64,000 nucleotides of DNA from assembly GCA_963663385.2 (NCBI GenBank), contig CAXXXD010000004.1, forward strand, positions 928,001 through 992,000, in the 5' to 3' direction. Each line of letters opens with the position of its first letter. The stretch's first letter is position 1. The notes under the pieces are model-generated. The model saw nothing but the letters and a program-made list of their open reading frames with translations. It did not search any database and had not been told where the DNA came from. Position numbers and translations under genes: made by a program. The DNA is from Oceanispirochaeta sp. (lineage in GTDB: Bacteria > Spirochaetota > Spirochaetia > DSM-2461). Of this stretch, positions 1 to 12,314 are shown one piece after another.

Positions 1-1985
1 AGGTACGGGATGTACACTACACCCATTACGGAAGAATGTGTCCCATTGAAACACCGGAAGGTCCGAATATCGGTCTTATAGTTTCCCTGGCAAACTTCAC
101 CCGCGTGAATGATTACGGTTTTCTTGAAACACCTTTCAGAAAGGTTGAGAACGGTAAGGTTTCAAGGGAAGTAGAATATCTGTCTGCCATGGATGAAGAG
201 AAATATTTTATTGCCCAGGCAAGTGCGTCCATTGATGAGGACTGGAATCTTACGGATGATCTGGTAGCTGTAAGAAAATCAGGGGACTATACTATCAAAA
301 GTCCCAGCGAAATCAAATATATGGACGTTTCACCACGGCAGATCATATCCACTGCTGCGTCTCTGATTCCTTTTCTGGAGCATGATGATGCCAACCGTGC
401 CTTGATGGGTTGTAACATGCAGCGTCAGGCCGTTCCGCTGCTCTTTCCTGAAGCGCCGATTGTCGGTACGGGAATGGAAGGCAAGGCAGCCTACGATTCA
501 GGGGTATGTATCAAAGCAAAGCGGGCCGGTACGGTCGTGCATGTAACTTCAGAAGAGGTTCTGATACAGCCTGCCGGTGAAGAGGCTGATATTCGCGATG
601 TATATCCCATGATCAAGTACCAGCGTACTAACCAGGATACATGTTTTAATCAGAAGCCTATTGTAAAGGTTGGAGAGGAAGTCCCGGTGGGCGGTGTGTT
701 GGCCGATGGACCTTCTACCAAAAACGGAGAGCTCTCTCTCGGACGGAACCTTCTTGTCGGGTTTGTGCCCTGGAACGGTTACAACTATGAGGACGCTGTC
801 CTTATCTCGGAAAAAGTAGTTAAGGATGATTATTACACATCTATTCATATAAAAGAGTTTGTTACAGAGGTGCGGGAAACTAAACTCGGCCCTGAAAAGT
901 TGACCAGGGATATTCCCAATACTTCGGAAAAAGCACTTGAGCAGCTGGATGAAGAGGGTATCGTTCGTATCGGTGCAAAAGTAAAATCCAGTTATATCCT
1001 TGTTGGTAAAGTGACGCCTAAGTCAGAAACAGAAACAACTCCTGAGTTCAAGCTCCTGAACTCTATATTCGGTGAGAAGGCCAAAGAGGTAAGGGATACT
1101 TCCCTTAAGCTGCCTCATGGTGTGGAAGGAACAGTAATTGATGTTCAGAGACTGAAACGCTCCGAGGGTGATGATCTCAGTCCCGGTGTGGATGAAGTCG
1201 TAAAAGTCCTGATTGCCACAAAGCGTAAACTGAAAGAAGGTGACAAGATGGCTGGTCGTCATGGAAACAAGGGTGTTGTCGCCCGTGTTCTTCCGGAAGA
1301 GGATATGCCGTATATGGAAGACGGAACTCCTCTTGAGGTCTGTCTGAACCCCCTTGGTGTACCGTCCCGTATGAATATCGGTCAGATCATGGAAACCATG
1401 CTCGGGATGGCCGGAGCACAGCTTGGGAAAATGTATGAGACGCCCGTTTTCAACTCGGCTTCAACCGAGGAAATCTCTGCTGAACTGGAAGCTGCCGGGC
1501 TGAACGGTGCTTCAAAGATCAAACTGTTTGACGGTTATACCGGAGAACCTTTTGAGAACAATGTTTTTGTAGGGTATATGTACTATCTGAAGCTTCATCA
1601 TCTTGTCGATGACAAGATGCACGCCCGTTCAACCGGTCCCTATTCGCTGGTTACACAGCAGCCTCTGGGCGGTAAAGCCCAGTTCGGTGGACAGAGACTG
1701 GGAGAGATGGAAGTCTGGGCTCTCGAGGCCTACGGCGCTGCAAATACACTGCAGGAGTTAATGACTATCAAATCGGATGATATGAATGGTCGGGCCAAGA
1801 TATATGAAAGTATTGTAAAGGGCGATGCCACTACGGCAGCGGGAATCCCGGAGTCCTTTAATGTTCTGGTCCAGGAATTGCGGGGTCTGGCTTTGGATGT
1901 ACGGATCTTTGATACGAAAGGAAAGCAGATTCCTTTCACCGAAAGGGACGAAGAGCTGATCAGCAGACAGGGAAGCCGATTCTAG
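1..1985 (+). CDS. rpoB: DNA-directed RNA polymerase beta subunit (3' part; begins upstream of the window)
   Basis: Motifs [46 protein letters not shown] and [17 protein letters not shown]; the frame is open from the window edge. Confidence 0.99.
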   Translation, partial: VRDVHYTHYGRMCPIETPEGPNIGLIVSLANFTRVNDYGFLETPFRKVENGKVSREVEYLSAMDEEKYFIAQASASIDEDWNLTDDLVAVRKSGDYTIKSPSEIKYMDVSPRQIISTAASLIPFLEHDDANRALMGCNMQRQAVPLLFPEAPIVGTGMEGKAAYDSGVCIKAKRAGTVVHVTSEEVLIQPAGEEADIRDVYPMIKYQRTNQDTCFNQKPIVKVGEEVPVGGVLADGPSTKNGELSLGRNLLVGFVPWNGYNYEDAVLISEKVVKDDYYTSIHIKEFVTEVRETKLGPEKLTRDIPNTSEKALEQLDEEGIVRIGAKVKSSYILVGKVTPKSETETTPEFKLLNSIFGEKAKEVRDTSLKLPHGVEGTVIDVQRLKRSEGDDLSPGVDEVVKVLIATKRKLKEGDKMAGRHGNKGVVARVLPEEDMPYMEDGTPLEVCLNPLGVPSRMNIGQIMETMLGMAGAQLGKMYETPVFNSASTEEISAELEAAGLNGASKIKLFDGYTGEPFENNVFVGYMYYLKLHHLVDDKMHARSTGPYSLVTQQPLGGKAQFGGQRLGEMEVWALEAYGAANTLQELMTIKSDDMNGRAKIYESIVKGDATTAAGIPESFNVLVQELRGLALDVRIFDTKGKQIPFTERDEELISRQGSRF

Positions 1986-1997
1986 CAGGGGGAACGA

Positions 1998-4900
1998 ATG
2001 AAAGATATTCAGGATTTTGACAGTCTAATGATAAAACTGGCTTCGCCGGAACAGATCAGGGCATGGTCTTACGGTGAGGTCAAAAAACCGGAAACGATTA
2101 ATTACAGGACCCTTCGGCCGGAAAAGGACGGATTGTTCTGCGAAAGAATATTCGGAACGACCAAGGAGTGGGAATGCTACTGCGGAAAATTTAAATCCAT
2201 CCGTTACAAGGGTGTAATTTGTGACCGTTGTGGTGTTGAAGTTACTCACTTTAAGGTTCGTCGTGAAAGAATGGGGCATATAGAGCTGGCTTCACCTGTT
2301 TCACACATATGGTATTACCGCTCTGTGCCTTCAAGAATGGGGCTGCTGCTGGATCTGTCCATCGCATCGCTCCGCTCGATTCTCTACTATGAGAAATATA
2401 TTGTAATTGAAGCTGGTGACACGGATCTAAAGAAGATGCAGCTCCTCTCGGAAGAGGAGTTTATGGAAGCTCAGGACCGGTACGGTATGTCTTTCACCGC
2501 CGGGATCGGAGCCGAGGCGGTAAGGAGTCTTCTGGAGAATCTGGATCTGGATGCTCTATCTGCCGATCTGCGAATAAAGATGGTGGAAAAGGGGCCGAAA
2601 GCCGACAAGAGGCTTCTGAAGAGGATCGAGATAGTAGAAAACTTCCGGGATTCCGGTAACCGGGCTGAATGGATGATTCTGGATGTTATTCCGGTGATTC
2701 CTCCCGAATTACGCCCGATGGTGCAGCTGGATGGAGGACGTTTTGCAACTTCTGATCTTAACGATCTCTACAGGCGTGTCATCAATAGAAATAACCGCTT
2801 GAAAAGGCTTATGGCTCTTAATGCGCCTGATATTATCATCCGGAATGAAAAGAGGATGCTTCAGGAGGCTGTTGATGCCCTTTTTGATAATTCAAAAAAG
2901 AAAAAAGTCGTTAAGGGCGCTTCCAATAGACCGCTCAAGTCACTTTCGGATCTTCTGAAGGGAAAACAGGGGCGTTTCAGGCAGAACCTGCTTGGAAAGC
3001 GTGTTGATTATTCCGGGCGTTCCGTAATCGTAGTAGGTCCCAATCTGAAACTTCATCAGTGCGGTCTTCCTGCCAAGATGGCTCTTGAGCTTTACAAGCC
3101 CTTTATTATGAAAAAACTGGTGGACAAGGATATTGTCTACAATATTAAAAAAGCCAAAACCCTGGTTGAGCAGGAAACGCCTGAAGTATGGTCTGTTCTT
3201 GATGAAGTTGTAAAAGAGCACCCTGTTCTTCTGAACCGCGCCCCGACTCTTCACAGGCTTGGTATTCAGGCTTTTGAGCCTGTTCTGGTAGAAGGTAAGG
3301 CTATTCGTCTTCATCCGCTTGTCTGTCATGCTTTTAATGCCGACTTTGACGGTGACCAGATGGCTGTGCATGTGCCTCTGACACATGCGGCGCAGATCGA
3401 GTGCTGGACTCTTATGCTGTCCGATACAAACCTGATGAACCCGGCAAACGGCCAACCTGTCGTATTCCCTTCACAGGATATGGTTCTCGGTCTTTATCAT
3501 CTGACTAAGCATAGACCCGGTGCAAAGGGAGAAGGTCGCTATTTTTCAAGTGTTGACGAAGTAATCCTTGCTCTGGATGCCCGTTCCGTTGCCTATCAGG
3601 CGATGATGAAGGTCCGGATGAACGGAGAATTCCTCGAAACGACACCTGGTCGTGTCATTTTCAATGAGCTCCTGCCGGAAGAAGTGGGATACGTAAATGA
3701 GACTCTCGGAGACAAGCAGATCCGTAATCTGATCACCAGGACTCATGAAATCCATGGTTCCTATACGACTGTCAGGATGCTGGATATCGTAAAGGATACC
3801 GGCTATAAGTATGCTACAAAGTTCGGTGCCTCTATTGGTATGGACGATATCATCGTTCCTGAACAGAAGAAGGATTTGATCGAATCAGCCAATAATGAAG
3901 TCCAGAAGATACAGAATCAGTATCTGGATGGGCATATCACTCAGGAAGAACGTTATAACCGCGTAGTTGAAGTTTGGAGTAAAACCAACGAAGAATTGAC
4001 TAATGTGATGATGGAAAAGCTCCAGAATGACAAGGGCGGTTTCAATAATGTTTATATGATGGCGGACTCCGGGGCCAGAGGTTCCAGAAACCAGATTCGT
4101 CAGCTCGCAGGTATGCGTGGTCTGATGGCGAAACCTTCCGGTGATATTATCGAGCTGCCAATCCGTTCTAACTTTAAAGAAGGCCTGTCGGTAATTGAGT
4201 TTTTTATCTCTACCAACGGTGCCCGTAAAGGTCTGGCGGATACGGCGTTGAAAACAGCGGATGCCGGATATCTGACAAGACGTCTTGTTGATATCGCTCA
4301 GGATGTTGTTGTTAATGAAGATGATTGCGGTACTATTAACGGTATCGAAACATATGCTCTGAAAGACGGAGAGGAAATAGTTGAATCTCTGGCTGACAGG
4401 ATTGCGGGAAGATTTACTCTTGAAAGAGTAAAACATCCTATTACCGGTGAAGTAATCATTGATGTAAATGAAGAGATAACCGATGAGATTGCCCGGGCAA
4501 TCGAAGAAATTGGTGTTGAATCCGTAAAAGTGCGTACTGTGTTAACCTGTGAGGCTAAACATGGTGTTTGTCGTAAGTGCTACGGCAGGGACCTTGCAAC
4601 AAAAAAGACGGTTAATATAGGTGAGGCTGTCGGTATTATTGCCGCTCAGTCTATCGGTCAGCCTGGTACCCAGCTGACTATGAGAACTTTCCATGTTGGT
4701 GGAACTGCCAGTACCGTAGCGGAAGATAACAGGATCTCCTTGCGTTATCCTGTCCTTGTCCGGTCTATGACCGGTACCCGAGTCGATCTGGATGGAGGAT
4801 CTCACCTCTTCACCAGAAAAGGTTCTCTTGTTGTTGCGAAAATTTTCGAATCAATAGAACTTGGTTCAGATGTTGAAGTTCTGGTCGAGGATGGTCAGAA

Positions 4901-6245
4901 GGTTCTTAAGGGTGAACCTATCCTTAAGAAGGGGGGCGAAGAGGTTTGTTCCGATGAGATTGCTGTTGTCAGTCTTATGGAGAGCAAGCTACTTCTGGTG
5001 GCTCAGGATCAGAAGCTGGAAATCAGAAACGGTTCAACCGTGAATGTTAATCCCGGTGATATGGTTGCTGCAGAAGACGCTCTGGCTTATTTTGACCCTT
5101 TCAGCGATCCCATTATTGCTGAGCAGGATGGTAAGGTCCGGTTTGAAGACATTATCATCGGTACTACCCTGAGAGAGGAAGTGAACGAAGATACCGGTAA
5201 TATTGAAAAGAAGATTACTGAGTTCTCTCTGGAATCCCTTCAGCCCCGTATTATTATTGAGGATGCTGACGGTGAGGAGATTGCAAACTACTATCTGCCT
5301 GGAAACTCCTACCTGAATGTGGAAGACGGTACTGTGGTTAAGGCCGGTAGAACCCTTGCCAAGATGCTGAAAGAAAGTGCCAAGACTCAGGATATCACTG
5401 GTGGTCTGCCCAGGGTTGGAGAGCTCTTTGAAGCCAGAAGACCCCGTGAAGGAGCCGTATTGGCCCGTATTGCAGGTACTGTCAGGTTTCAGGGAATCCT
5501 GAAAGGTAAGCGAATTATTGATGTTGTGGATCCCTATGGAGCAGAGTTGAAACACTTTGTTTCGATGGGTAAACACCTTCTGGTTCGGGATGGCGACCTG
5601 GTGGAAGCTGGTGAACCGCTCTGTGACGGTGCTAACGATCCTCACGATATTCTTGATATTTCAGGCGAAAATGCATTACAGCAGTTTCTTGTGGATGAAG
5701 TTCAGGAAGTCTACCGTATGCAGGGTGTAAATATCAACGATAAACATATCGGCGTAATTATCCGTCAGATGATGCGGAAGGTTGAGATTGTTGATGTGGG
5801 AGATACTCACTTCATTTACGGTCAGCAGATTGACAAGTATAATTTCCGTAAAGAGAATGAGAGGGTTATGCGTGAAGGTGGTGAGTCCGCCGTTGCAAGA
5901 CCTCTGCTCCTCGGTATTACAAGGGCTTCTCTGAATATCGACTCGTGGATTTCCGCTGCGTCTTTCCAGGAGACTACAAGGGTTCTGACAAATGCCGCCA
6001 TTGCCGGACAGTCGGATAACCTGAGAGGTCTGAAGGAAAATGTTGTAATCGGTCATATGATTCCTGCCGGTACAGGAATGAGAAAGTACCGTAATATGAA
6101 ACTGTTTAATCAGGAAAGTCAGGACCTGGATGCCCATGTTCAGATGATTCTGGAAAACAGGAAGCGTGAGCAGGAGCTTGCCAGTTTAAATCGGGAACCC
6201 TTTGACGAGAGTTACGATGAGAAGGCTGTCGAACTCCAGGATTGA
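1998..6245 (+). CDS. rpoC: DNA-directed RNA polymerase beta' subunit
   Basis: NADFDGDQM catalytic motif, N-terminal zinc ribbon, 1415 aa, directly after rpoB. Confidence 0.99.
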   Translation: MKDIQDFDSLMIKLASPEQIRAWSYGEVKKPETINYRTLRPEKDGLFCERIFGTTKEWECYCGKFKSIRYKGVICDRCGVEVTHFKVRRERMGHIELASPVSHIWYYRSVPSRMGLLLDLSIASLRSILYYEKYIVIEAGDTDLKKMQLLSEEEFMEAQDRYGMSFTAGIGAEAVRSLLENLDLDALSADLRIKMVEKGPKADKRLLKRIEIVENFRDSGNRAEWMILDVIPVIPPELRPMVQLDGGRFATSDLNDLYRRVINRNNRLKRLMALNAPDIIIRNEKRMLQEAVDALFDNSKKKKVVKGASNRPLKSLSDLLKGKQGRFRQNLLGKRVDYSGRSVIVVGPNLKLHQCGLPAKMALELYKPFIMKKLVDKDIVYNIKKAKTLVEQETPEVWSVLDEVVKEHPVLLNRAPTLHRLGIQAFEPVLVEGKAIRLHPLVCHAFNADFDGDQMAVHVPLTHAAQIECWTLMLSDTNLMNPANGQPVVFPSQDMVLGLYHLTKHRPGAKGEGRYFSSVDEVILALDARSVAYQAMMKVRMNGEFLETTPGRVIFNELLPEEVGYVNETLGDKQIRNLITRTHEIHGSYTTVRMLDIVKDTGYKYATKFGASIGMDDIIVPEQKKDLIESANNEVQKIQNQYLDGHITQEERYNRVVEVWSKTNEELTNVMMEKLQNDKGGFNNVYMMADSGARGSRNQIRQLAGMRGLMAKPSGDIIELPIRSNFKEGLSVIEFFISTNGARKGLADTALKTADAGYLTRRLVDIAQDVVVNEDDCGTINGIETYALKDGEEIVESLADRIAGRFTLERVKHPITGEVIIDVNEEITDEIARAIEEIGVESVKVRTVLTCEAKHGVCRKCYGRDLATKKTVNIGEAVGIIAAQSIGQPGTQLTMRTFHVGGTASTVAEDNRISLRYPVLVRSMTGTRVDLDGGSHLFTRKGSLVVAKIFESIELGSDVEVLVEDGQKVLKGEPILKKGGEEVCSDEIAVVSLMESKLLLVAQDQKLEIRNGSTVNVNPGDMVAAEDALAYFDPFSDPIIAEQDGKVRFEDIIIGTTLREEVNEDTGNIEKKITEFSLESLQPRIIIEDADGEEIANYYLPGNSYLNVEDGTVVKAGRTLAKMLKESAKTQDITGGLPRVGELFEARRPREGAVLARIAGTVRFQGILKGKRIIDVVDPYGAELKHFVSMGKHLLVRDGDLVEAGEPLCDGANDPHDILDISGENALQQFLVDEVQEVYRMQGVNINDKHIGVIIRQMMRKVEIVDVGDTHFIYGQQIDKYNFRKENERVMREGGESAVARPLLLGITRASLNIDSWISAASFQETTRVLTNAAIAGQSDNLRGLKENVVIGHMIPAGTGMRKYRNMKLFNQESQDLDAHVQMILENRKREQELASLNREPFDESYDEKAVELQD

Positions 6246-6349
6246 GTACAAAACGGGGAATTATGCTGATCCCCGATAATGTTTTTCATAATAAACAGGC
6301 TTTTTAAGAGCTTTTTTATATGAAAAATAAATATATATAATATGAGTGG

Positions 6350-6378
6350 TTGACTCTATCTTTGTAAATTGATAGAGT
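6350..6378 (+). promoter_or_regulatory. Putative sigma70 promoter for rpsL
   Basis: TTGACT(6350)-N17-TAGAGT(6373), preceded by an AT-rich tract. Confidence 0.5.
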
Positions 6379-6424
6379 CCTCTTGCTTTTGAGTAAATGA
6401 TTGTAAAGGGAGATGGTATTTAGA

Positions 6425-6799
6425 ATGCCTACAGTAAACCAGTTAATCAGGAACGGACGGAAAGCTTCTGCTAGGAAGACAAATTCTCCGGCCCTTCAGT
6501 CCTGCCCTCAGAAAAGAGGTGTATGTACAAGAGTTATGACCATTACTCCTAAAAAGCCTAATTCCGCGCTTCGTAAAGTAGCGAGGGTTAGATTGACTAA
6601 TGGTATTGAAGTAACTGCATATATTCCCGGAATCGGGCACAATCTTCAGGAGCACAGTGTTGTTGTTCTGAGGGGAGGAAGGGTAAAAGACCTTCCTGGT
6701 GTACGGTACAGAATTATTCGGGGTGCGAAAGATACCCTTGGTGTAGATGGTCGTAAAAAAGCACGTTCCAAATACGGAACTAAGAAGCCAAAGGCGTAA
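6425..6799 (+). CDS. rpsL: 30S ribosomal protein S12
   Basis: MPTVNQLIR...[17 protein letters not shown]...[12 protein letters not shown]; start moved to the conserved MPT. Confidence 0.99.
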   Translation: MPTVNQLIRNGRKASARKTNSPALQSCPQKRGVCTRVMTITPKKPNSALRKVARVRLTNGIEVTAYIPGIGHNLQEHSVVVLRGGRVKDLPGVRYRIIRGAKDTLGVDGRKKARSKYGTKKPKA

Positions 6800-6811
6800 G
6801 GTGAGGTAGAG

Positions 6812-7288
6812 ATGGCAAGAAGAAGAGAGGCCCCGGTCAGACCGGTTATGCCCGATTCCAAGTACAACAACACTACCGTTGAAAAATTCATTAAAAGAAT
6901 GATGCTTGATGGTAAAAAATCCACCAGTGCCAGCTGCCTGTATGGCGCAATGGAAGTTGTGAAAAATAAAAAGTCCGGCGATGAAAGTGAGCTTGATATT
7001 TTTCTTAAAGCACTGGAGAATGTTAAGCCTGCGGTCGAGGTTAAATCCCGTAGAGTAGGTGGATCGACCTATCAGGTTCCCGTTGAGATCCGGGATTCCA
7101 GAAGGGAAGCACTGGCAATGCGCTGGATGATTGCAGCTGCAAGAAACCGGAGCGGAAGAAGCATGAGCGAAAAACTCAGTGCGGAAATTCTGGATGCTTT
7201 TAATTCTACAGGTTCTGCTTTCAAAAAGAAAGAAGATACCCATAGAATGGCTGAAGCTAATAAGGCTTTCTCCCACTATAAGTGGTAA
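6812..7288 (+). CDS. rpsG: 30S ribosomal protein S7
   Basis: [28 protein letters not shown]. Confidence 0.99.
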   Translation: MARRREAPVRPVMPDSKYNNTTVEKFIKRMMLDGKKSTSASCLYGAMEVVKNKKSGDESELDIFLKALENVKPAVEVKSRRVGGSTYQVPVEIRDSRREALAMRWMIAAARNRSGRSMSEKLSAEILDAFNSTGSAFKKKEDTHRMAEANKAFSHYKW

Positions 7289-7663
7289 GAGTCTGATTAT
7301 AGGAGCCGGTTGATTGGAAAATTTTCCGGCTCTCCTCGGCAGAATGCCTCCTATCCGAAAAGTGACGGAGGCCGCTACTGTGACAGAGGTTTTCAAAATA
7401 GCAGCCGGCTTTTTTGCCGCAGTGTTGTTCATTATGCCAAACCGTTGTTTTTTTTCAATAGGTGGTAGAGTAAGCTGTTATGGAAACATTAAGGTTAAAA
7501 TCTCCTTTATTCTGTTGTTTAGTGTAAATTCTGCCAAAAAAATTCATCTTTGTTGCCTTGGGATGTTGAGCTGTTTTAACGTTTTTTGTTAATATCACGG
7601 CTGATGCCCTAATGTGGCATAACAAAAGAGTGTTGTTTTTTTTAAAATGCCTAGGAGGTAGAA

Positions 7664-8851
7664 ATGGCTAAAGACAAATTTCAGAGAACCAAACCGCATA
7701 TTAATGTTGGTACAATTGGTCACGTAGACCACGGTAAAACAACTCTTACTGCTGCGATCTCTATGTACTGTGCCGCTAAGCAGGGCGGTAAGATCATGAG
7801 CTATGAAGATATTGATAATGCTCCTGAAGAAAGAGAACGTGGTATTACCATCAATACAAGACACGTTGAGTACGAAACTGATGGGCGTCACTACGCTCAC
7901 GTAGACTGTCCCGGACATGCTGACTACATCAAGAACATGATTACTGGTGCAGCTCAGATGGACGGTGCTGTACTTCTCGTTGCGGCAGATTCCGGACCCG
8001 AACCCCAGACCAGAGAGCACATCCTGCTCGGTCGTCAGGTTGGAATTCCCAAAATGATTGTTTTTATGAACAAGCTTGACCTTGCTGACCCCGAACTGGT
8101 CGACCTGGTGGAAATGGAAGTTCGTGAACTTCTGGATGAGTACGGATACCCCGGAGATGATACTCCCATTATCAAAGGATCTGCTTTTGAAGCAATGTCC
8201 AACATTGAAGATGGTGAAAAGACCGCTTGTATCCAGGAGCTCCTGGATGCAATGGACTCTTATTTCCCCATCCCCGAAAGAGCTGTAGATCAGCCCTTCC
8301 TGATGCCCATCGAAGATGTATTCTCCATCTCCGGTCGTGGTACTGTAGTAACCGGACGTATCGAAAAAGGTGTTCTTCACGTTGGTGACAGCATCGAAAT
8401 CGTTGGTGTTAGGGATACTCAGACAACTACCTGTACAGGTGTTGAAATGTTCAACAAGCTGCTGGATGAAGGTCAGGCTGGTGATAATATCGGTGCTCTT
8501 CTCCGTGGTATCGACAAAAAAGAGGTTCAGAGAGGACAGGTTCTTTGTAAACCCGGTTCCATTCTTCCTCATACGAAATTCAAGGCTGCTCTGTACTGTC
8601 TGACCAAGGAAGAAGGTGGACGTCACAATCCGTTCTTCTCCGGTTACAGACCCCAGTTCTACTTCAGAACTACAGATATTACAGGTACAGTTACTCTGCC
8701 TGAAGATAAGCAGATGGTTATGCCCGGTGATAACACCGAGATTACTGCTGAACTGATTCACCCCATCGCCATGGACAAAGGTCTCCGCTTCGCTATTCGT
8801 GAAGGTGGTAGAACCGTAGCCAGTGGTCAGGTTGTTGAAATCGAAGAATAA
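7664..8851 (+). CDS. tuf: Elongation factor Tu
   Basis: [46 protein letters not shown] upstream. Confidence 0.99.
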   Translation: MAKDKFQRTKPHINVGTIGHVDHGKTTLTAAISMYCAAKQGGKIMSYEDIDNAPEERERGITINTRHVEYETDGRHYAHVDCPGHADYIKNMITGAAQMDGAVLLVAADSGPEPQTREHILLGRQVGIPKMIVFMNKLDLADPELVDLVEMEVRELLDEYGYPGDDTPIIKGSAFEAMSNIEDGEKTACIQELLDAMDSYFPIPERAVDQPFLMPIEDVFSISGRGTVVTGRIEKGVLHVGDSIEIVGVRDTQTTTCTGVEMFNKLLDEGQAGDNIGALLRGIDKKEVQRGQVLCKPGSILPHTKFKAALYCLTKEEGGRHNPFFSGYRPQFYFRTTDITGTVTLPEDKQMVMPGDNTEITAELIHPIAMDKGLRFAIREGGRTVASGQVVEIEE

Positions 8852-8863
8852 GATTATTAGAGG

Positions 8864-8893
8864 CACCCTGCTGATATGCGGCAGGGTGTTTTT
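8864..8893 (+). terminator. Intrinsic terminator or attenuator-like hairpin between tuf and rpsJ
   Basis: CACCCTGCTG-atatg-CGGCAGGGTG followed by TTTTT. Confidence 0.65.
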
Positions 8894-8904
8894 CTGGAGG
8901 AAGA

Positions 8905-9213
8905 ATGGGTAAGGAACGGATACGCGTCAGGCTAAGAGGATTTGACGTTGAATTGATTGACCAGAGTGCGAAAGCCATTGTTCAGGCTGTTCAGAAACAG
9001 GGTAGTAAAGTTTCTGGACCGATCCCTCTGCCTACGAGGATTAATAAGTTTACCGTTTTGAAGTCAACTTTTGTTAACAAGAAGTCCAGAGAGCAGTTTG
9101 AAATGCGGACTCACAAAAGATTGATAGATATTTTAGAGCCAACCTCTGCTGTAATGGATGCTCTCATGAAACTCGAGCTGCCCGCTGGAGTTGATGTAGA
9201 GATCAAACAGTAA
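8905..9213 (+). CDS. rpsJ: 30S ribosomal protein S10
   Basis: [32 protein letters not shown]. Confidence 0.99.
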   Translation: MGKERIRVRLRGFDVELIDQSAKAIVQAVQKQGSKVSGPIPLPTRINKFTVLKSTFVNKKSREQFEMRTHKRLIDILEPTSAVMDALMKLELPAGVDVEIKQ

Positions 9214-9235
9214 GTAAAGATTGTTGAGGTATTAA

Positions 9236-9856
9236 ATGATTGGTTTGATTGGCAAAAAAGCTGGAATGACCCAGGTGTTTGATGCAGAAGGTATATTAAC
9301 ACCTGTTACTGTTATAAAAGTAGAACCAAATGTAGTTGTAGCTAACAGAACTGTTGATAAAGACGGCTACAATGCAGTTGTCCTTGGGTCCGTTGAGATG
9401 AAATCCAGCCATGTTTCAAAACCTTACGCAGGTCAGTTTAAAGATGATCTGTCCCCTAAAAAACACGTTATGGAGATTCGTGATTTCGAGAAAGAATGTA
9501 ATGTTGGCGATTCTTTCGGAGTGGAATTGATCGAAAATCTTGTTTATGTGGATGTTATCGGAACTTCCAAGGGTAAGGGTTTTCAGGGTGTAATGAAGCG
9601 CCACAACTTCAGTGGTGGACGTGCAACGCACGGTTCAAAATTTCATAGAGCAAACGGTTCTACCGGTATGGCTGCATGGCCTTCAAAGGTAATTAAAGGA
9701 ACCAAAATGGCCGGTCGCATGGGCGGCGAAAAAAAGACTGTTCAGAATCTTGAAGTAGTTCGTGTAGATGCTGAAAAGAATATAGTATTGGTTAAGGGTG
9801 CTATCCCCGGTACAAAAGACAGTATTGTTTTAGTACGTAAAGCCAAAAAGAAATAG
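9236..9856 (+). CDS. rplC: 50S ribosomal protein L3
   Basis: GKKAGMTQVF, SKGKGFQGVMKRHNF; S10 operon position. Confidence 0.99.
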   Translation: MIGLIGKKAGMTQVFDAEGILTPVTVIKVEPNVVVANRTVDKDGYNAVVLGSVEMKSSHVSKPYAGQFKDDLSPKKHVMEIRDFEKECNVGDSFGVELIENLVYVDVIGTSKGKGFQGVMKRHNFSGGRATHGSKFHRANGSTGMAAWPSKVIKGTKMAGRMGGEKKTVQNLEVVRVDAEKNIVLVKGAIPGTKDSIVLVRKAKKK

Positions 9857-9869
9857 AGGATAGGTAATT

Positions 9870-10496
9870 ATGGACAAAAAAGTCTTTTCAATTGAAGGCA
9901 AAGAGCTTCGTACTATTACTCTTGACGATTCAGTATTCGCACGTGAAGTAAGCGAAGGATCAATATACAACGCTATCAAGAATGAGCTTGCAAATAAAAG
10001 AGTTGGTACTGCCAGCACAAAGACCAGGAGCGAAGTACGCGGTACGACAGCTAAACCCTGGCGTCAGAAAGGAACCGGACGTGCAAGAGCCGGTCGCAGA
10101 AGATCTCCCGTATGGGTAGGCGGAGGAATAACCTTCGGACCCAAACCCAGGGATTACAGCTATGTTCTGCCTAGAAAGGTAAAACAGCTTGCGATGAAGT
10201 CAATCCTGAGCCTTAAGGCACAGAGTGAAGATAGATTCAAAGTAGTAGAGGATTTCACTGTAGAATCCGGAAAAACCAAGGATATGAAAAATATCCTGGC
10301 TTCCCTGGTTGATGGTGAAAAAACCGTTATCGTTCTTAAGGATGATGACAAGATGATCAGAAGAGCCGGACGGAATCTGCCTAATGTACGTTTTCTTTCC
10401 TATAACAGATTGAGTGCACATACACTTTTCTACGGAAAAAACGTTCTTGTTATGGAAGGTGCGGCTTCAAAACTGAATGAATTTTATGGTGGATGA
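9870..10496 (+). CDS. rplD: 50S ribosomal protein L4
   Basis: TKTRSEVRG, KPWRQKGTGRARAG, FGPKPRDY. Confidence 0.99.
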   Translation: MDKKVFSIEGKELRTITLDDSVFAREVSEGSIYNAIKNELANKRVGTASTKTRSEVRGTTAKPWRQKGTGRARAGRRRSPVWVGGGITFGPKPRDYSYVLPRKVKQLAMKSILSLKAQSEDRFKVVEDFTVESGKTKDMKNILASLVDGEKTVIVLKDDDKMIRRAGRNLPNVRFLSYNRLSAHTLFYGKNVLVMEGAASKLNEFYGG

Positions 10497-10504
10497 GGTC
10501 TGAT

Positions 10505-10819
10505 ATGGATTCCTATAAAGTAATCATTGAACCTGTACTGACAGAGAAATCTAATATTCTCCGTGAAGGCGAATCTAAGAAGTATGTCTTTAAGGTTGAT
10601 AAAAAAGCGAACAAGATCCAGGTTATGAGTGCCGTTAAAGACCTCTTCTCTGTAAATCCTGTGAGCTGCAACATTGTGAATGTAAGCGGAAAGAAAAAAG
10701 CAAACGTTCCTGTTTCTGCCAACAGTTTCAAAAGAGGTTTCGGTAGAACAGCAAGCTGGAAGAAAGCAATCGTAACACTCGCTGCCGGCGAGAAAATCGA
10801 TGCTTTTGAAGGTGTATAA
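10505..10819 (+). CDS. rplW: 50S ribosomal protein L23
   Basis: PVLTEKS, FKVDKKANKIQV, WKKAIVTL; lies between rplD and rplB. Confidence 0.97.
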   Translation: MDSYKVIIEPVLTEKSNILREGESKKYVFKVDKKANKIQVMSAVKDLFSVNPVSCNIVNVSGKKKANVPVSANSFKRGFGRTASWKKAIVTLAAGEKIDAFEGV

Positions 10820-10833
10820 GGTAGGAGGATTCT

Positions 10834-11658
10834 GTGGCTATTAAAACATATAACCCAAGAACACCGTCCCAGAGATACAGGCAGAGTCTGACTTTTGATG
10901 ACATTACACGGAGTACTCCTGAGAAATCACTGTCTTCTGGTAAATCATCTAAAGCCGGCCGCGGTGCTGGTGGACGGATCAGTGTGCGTCGCCGTGGTGG
11001 TGGACATAAAAGAAAATACAGGGTCATCGATTTTAAAAGAGAAAAATTTGGTGTACCCGGAAAAGTCGCTCAGATTGAGTACGATCCCAACAGAAGTGCT
11101 AATATCGCTCTGATCCATTATCTGGACGGAGAGAAAAGGTATATCATTTGTCCGAAAGGGCTGAAAGTGGGAGACCAGATTGTCAGTGGAGCCGATGCAC
11201 CCATTGAAGTTGGTAACGCACTGCCTCTTGAGAATATTCCAGTAGGTCGTCTTGTACATGCTATTGAGCTTCAGCTCGGTAGAGGTGCTCAGATGGTAAG
11301 AACCGCCGGCGGCTCTGCTCTTATCGCCGCTAAGGAAGGAAAGTATGTTACTCTGAAAATGCCTTCCGGTGAAATGAGAATGGTTCTCAATAAATGTATG
11401 GCTACAATCGGAGAAGTCGGTAACGAAGATCACATGAATGTGAAAATCGGTAAAGCCGGTCGGTCCAGATGGATGGGTAAAAGACCCAAGGTCAGAGGTG
11501 TTGTAATGAACCCCGTAGACCATCCGCATGGTGGTGGTGAAGGTAAAACTTCCGGTGGTCGTCATCCAGTATCTCCCTGGGGTAAACCGACTAAAGGTTT
11601 TAAAACTAGAAAGAAACACAAAAGTTCTGGCAAATTTATTGTCAAGAGACGGAAGTAG
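10834..11658 (+). CDS. rplB: 50S ribosomal protein L2
   Basis: [33 protein letters not shown] start. Confidence 0.99.
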   Translation: MAIKTYNPRTPSQRYRQSLTFDDITRSTPEKSLSSGKSSKAGRGAGGRISVRRRGGGHKRKYRVIDFKREKFGVPGKVAQIEYDPNRSANIALIHYLDGEKRYIICPKGLKVGDQIVSGADAPIEVGNALPLENIPVGRLVHAIELQLGRGAQMVRTAGGSALIAAKEGKYVTLKMPSGEMRMVLNKCMATIGEVGNEDHMNVKIGKAGRSRWMGKRPKVRGVVMNPVDHPHGGGEGKTSGGRHPVSPWGKPTKGFKTRKKHKSSGKFIVKRRK

Positions 11659-11667
11659 GAGTAAAGC

Positions 11668-11946
11668 GTGTCAAGATCAATTAAAAAAGGACCGTTTATT
11701 GCTAAAAGTCTTTACAAGAAGGTTGTTGATCAGAATAAATCCGGTGCCAAGGGTATGATTAAAACCTTTTCCCGGACTTCAACAATTATTCCGGAGATGG
11801 TAGGTTTAACGGTTTCTGTATACAACGGAAAGACATGGGTTCCCGTTTATGTAACTGAGAACCTCGTTGGGCATAAACTCGGTGAATTTGCTCCGACCAG
11901 ACTGTTCAGAGGACATGCTGGTTCCGACAAAAAGTCAAAGAGGTAA
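11668..11946 (+). CDS. rpsS: 30S ribosomal protein S19
   Basis: [21 protein letters not shown]. Confidence 0.99.
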   Translation: MSRSIKKGPFIAKSLYKKVVDQNKSGAKGMIKTFSRTSTIIPEMVGLTVSVYNGKTWVPVYVTENLVGHKLGEFAPTRLFRGHAGSDKKSKR

Positions 11947-11954
11947 GGTGAGTT

Positions 11955-12314
11955 ATGGAAGCTAAAAAAGGATATAAAGCAATTGCTAAAAATCTGCCCA
12001 TGTCTCCCAGTAAAATCAGACCTATAGCTGATAACATCAGGAGAAAATCCTATACGGAAGCTGTAGCGATTCTGGAAAATCTTCCCAACAAGGGCGCCAT
12101 GTTCTTGAAGAAGGTTATTCAGTCTGCCGCTGCAAACGCTCTGAACCAGAACAACATGCTGGATGAAGAGTCTCTGTATATCAAAGAACTGCTGGTTGAT
12201 GGCGGACCCATTCAGAAACGGATGTGGCCCCGTTCAAGAGGTAGAGCTGATAGACTGCTGAAGAGATCCGCTCACATTTCTGTAGTTGTTGAAGAATTAG
12301 GTACGGGGGAATAA
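11955..12314 (+). CDS. rplV: 50S ribosomal protein L22
   Basis: SPSKIRPIAD, SAAANA, PRSRGRA...KRSAHI. Confidence 0.98.
   Translation: MEAKKGYKAIAKNLPMSPSKIRPIADNIRRKSYTEAVAILENLPNKGAMFLKKVIQSAAANALNQNNMLDEESLYIKELLVDGGPIQKRMWPRSRGRADRLLKRSAHISVVVEELGTGE

Noticed and set aside
7314..7592. 92-aa ORF in the rpsG-tuf spacer
   Set aside because: TTG start, no recognisable motif or EF-G similarity, Cys/Phe-rich composition typical of non-coding DNA
7595..8866. Long antisense ORFs opposite tuf, and likewise opposite rpsL/G, rny, ptsI, dnaK, dnaJ and the coiled-coil gene
   Set aside because: Shadow ORFs caused by codon bias in real genes on the other strand
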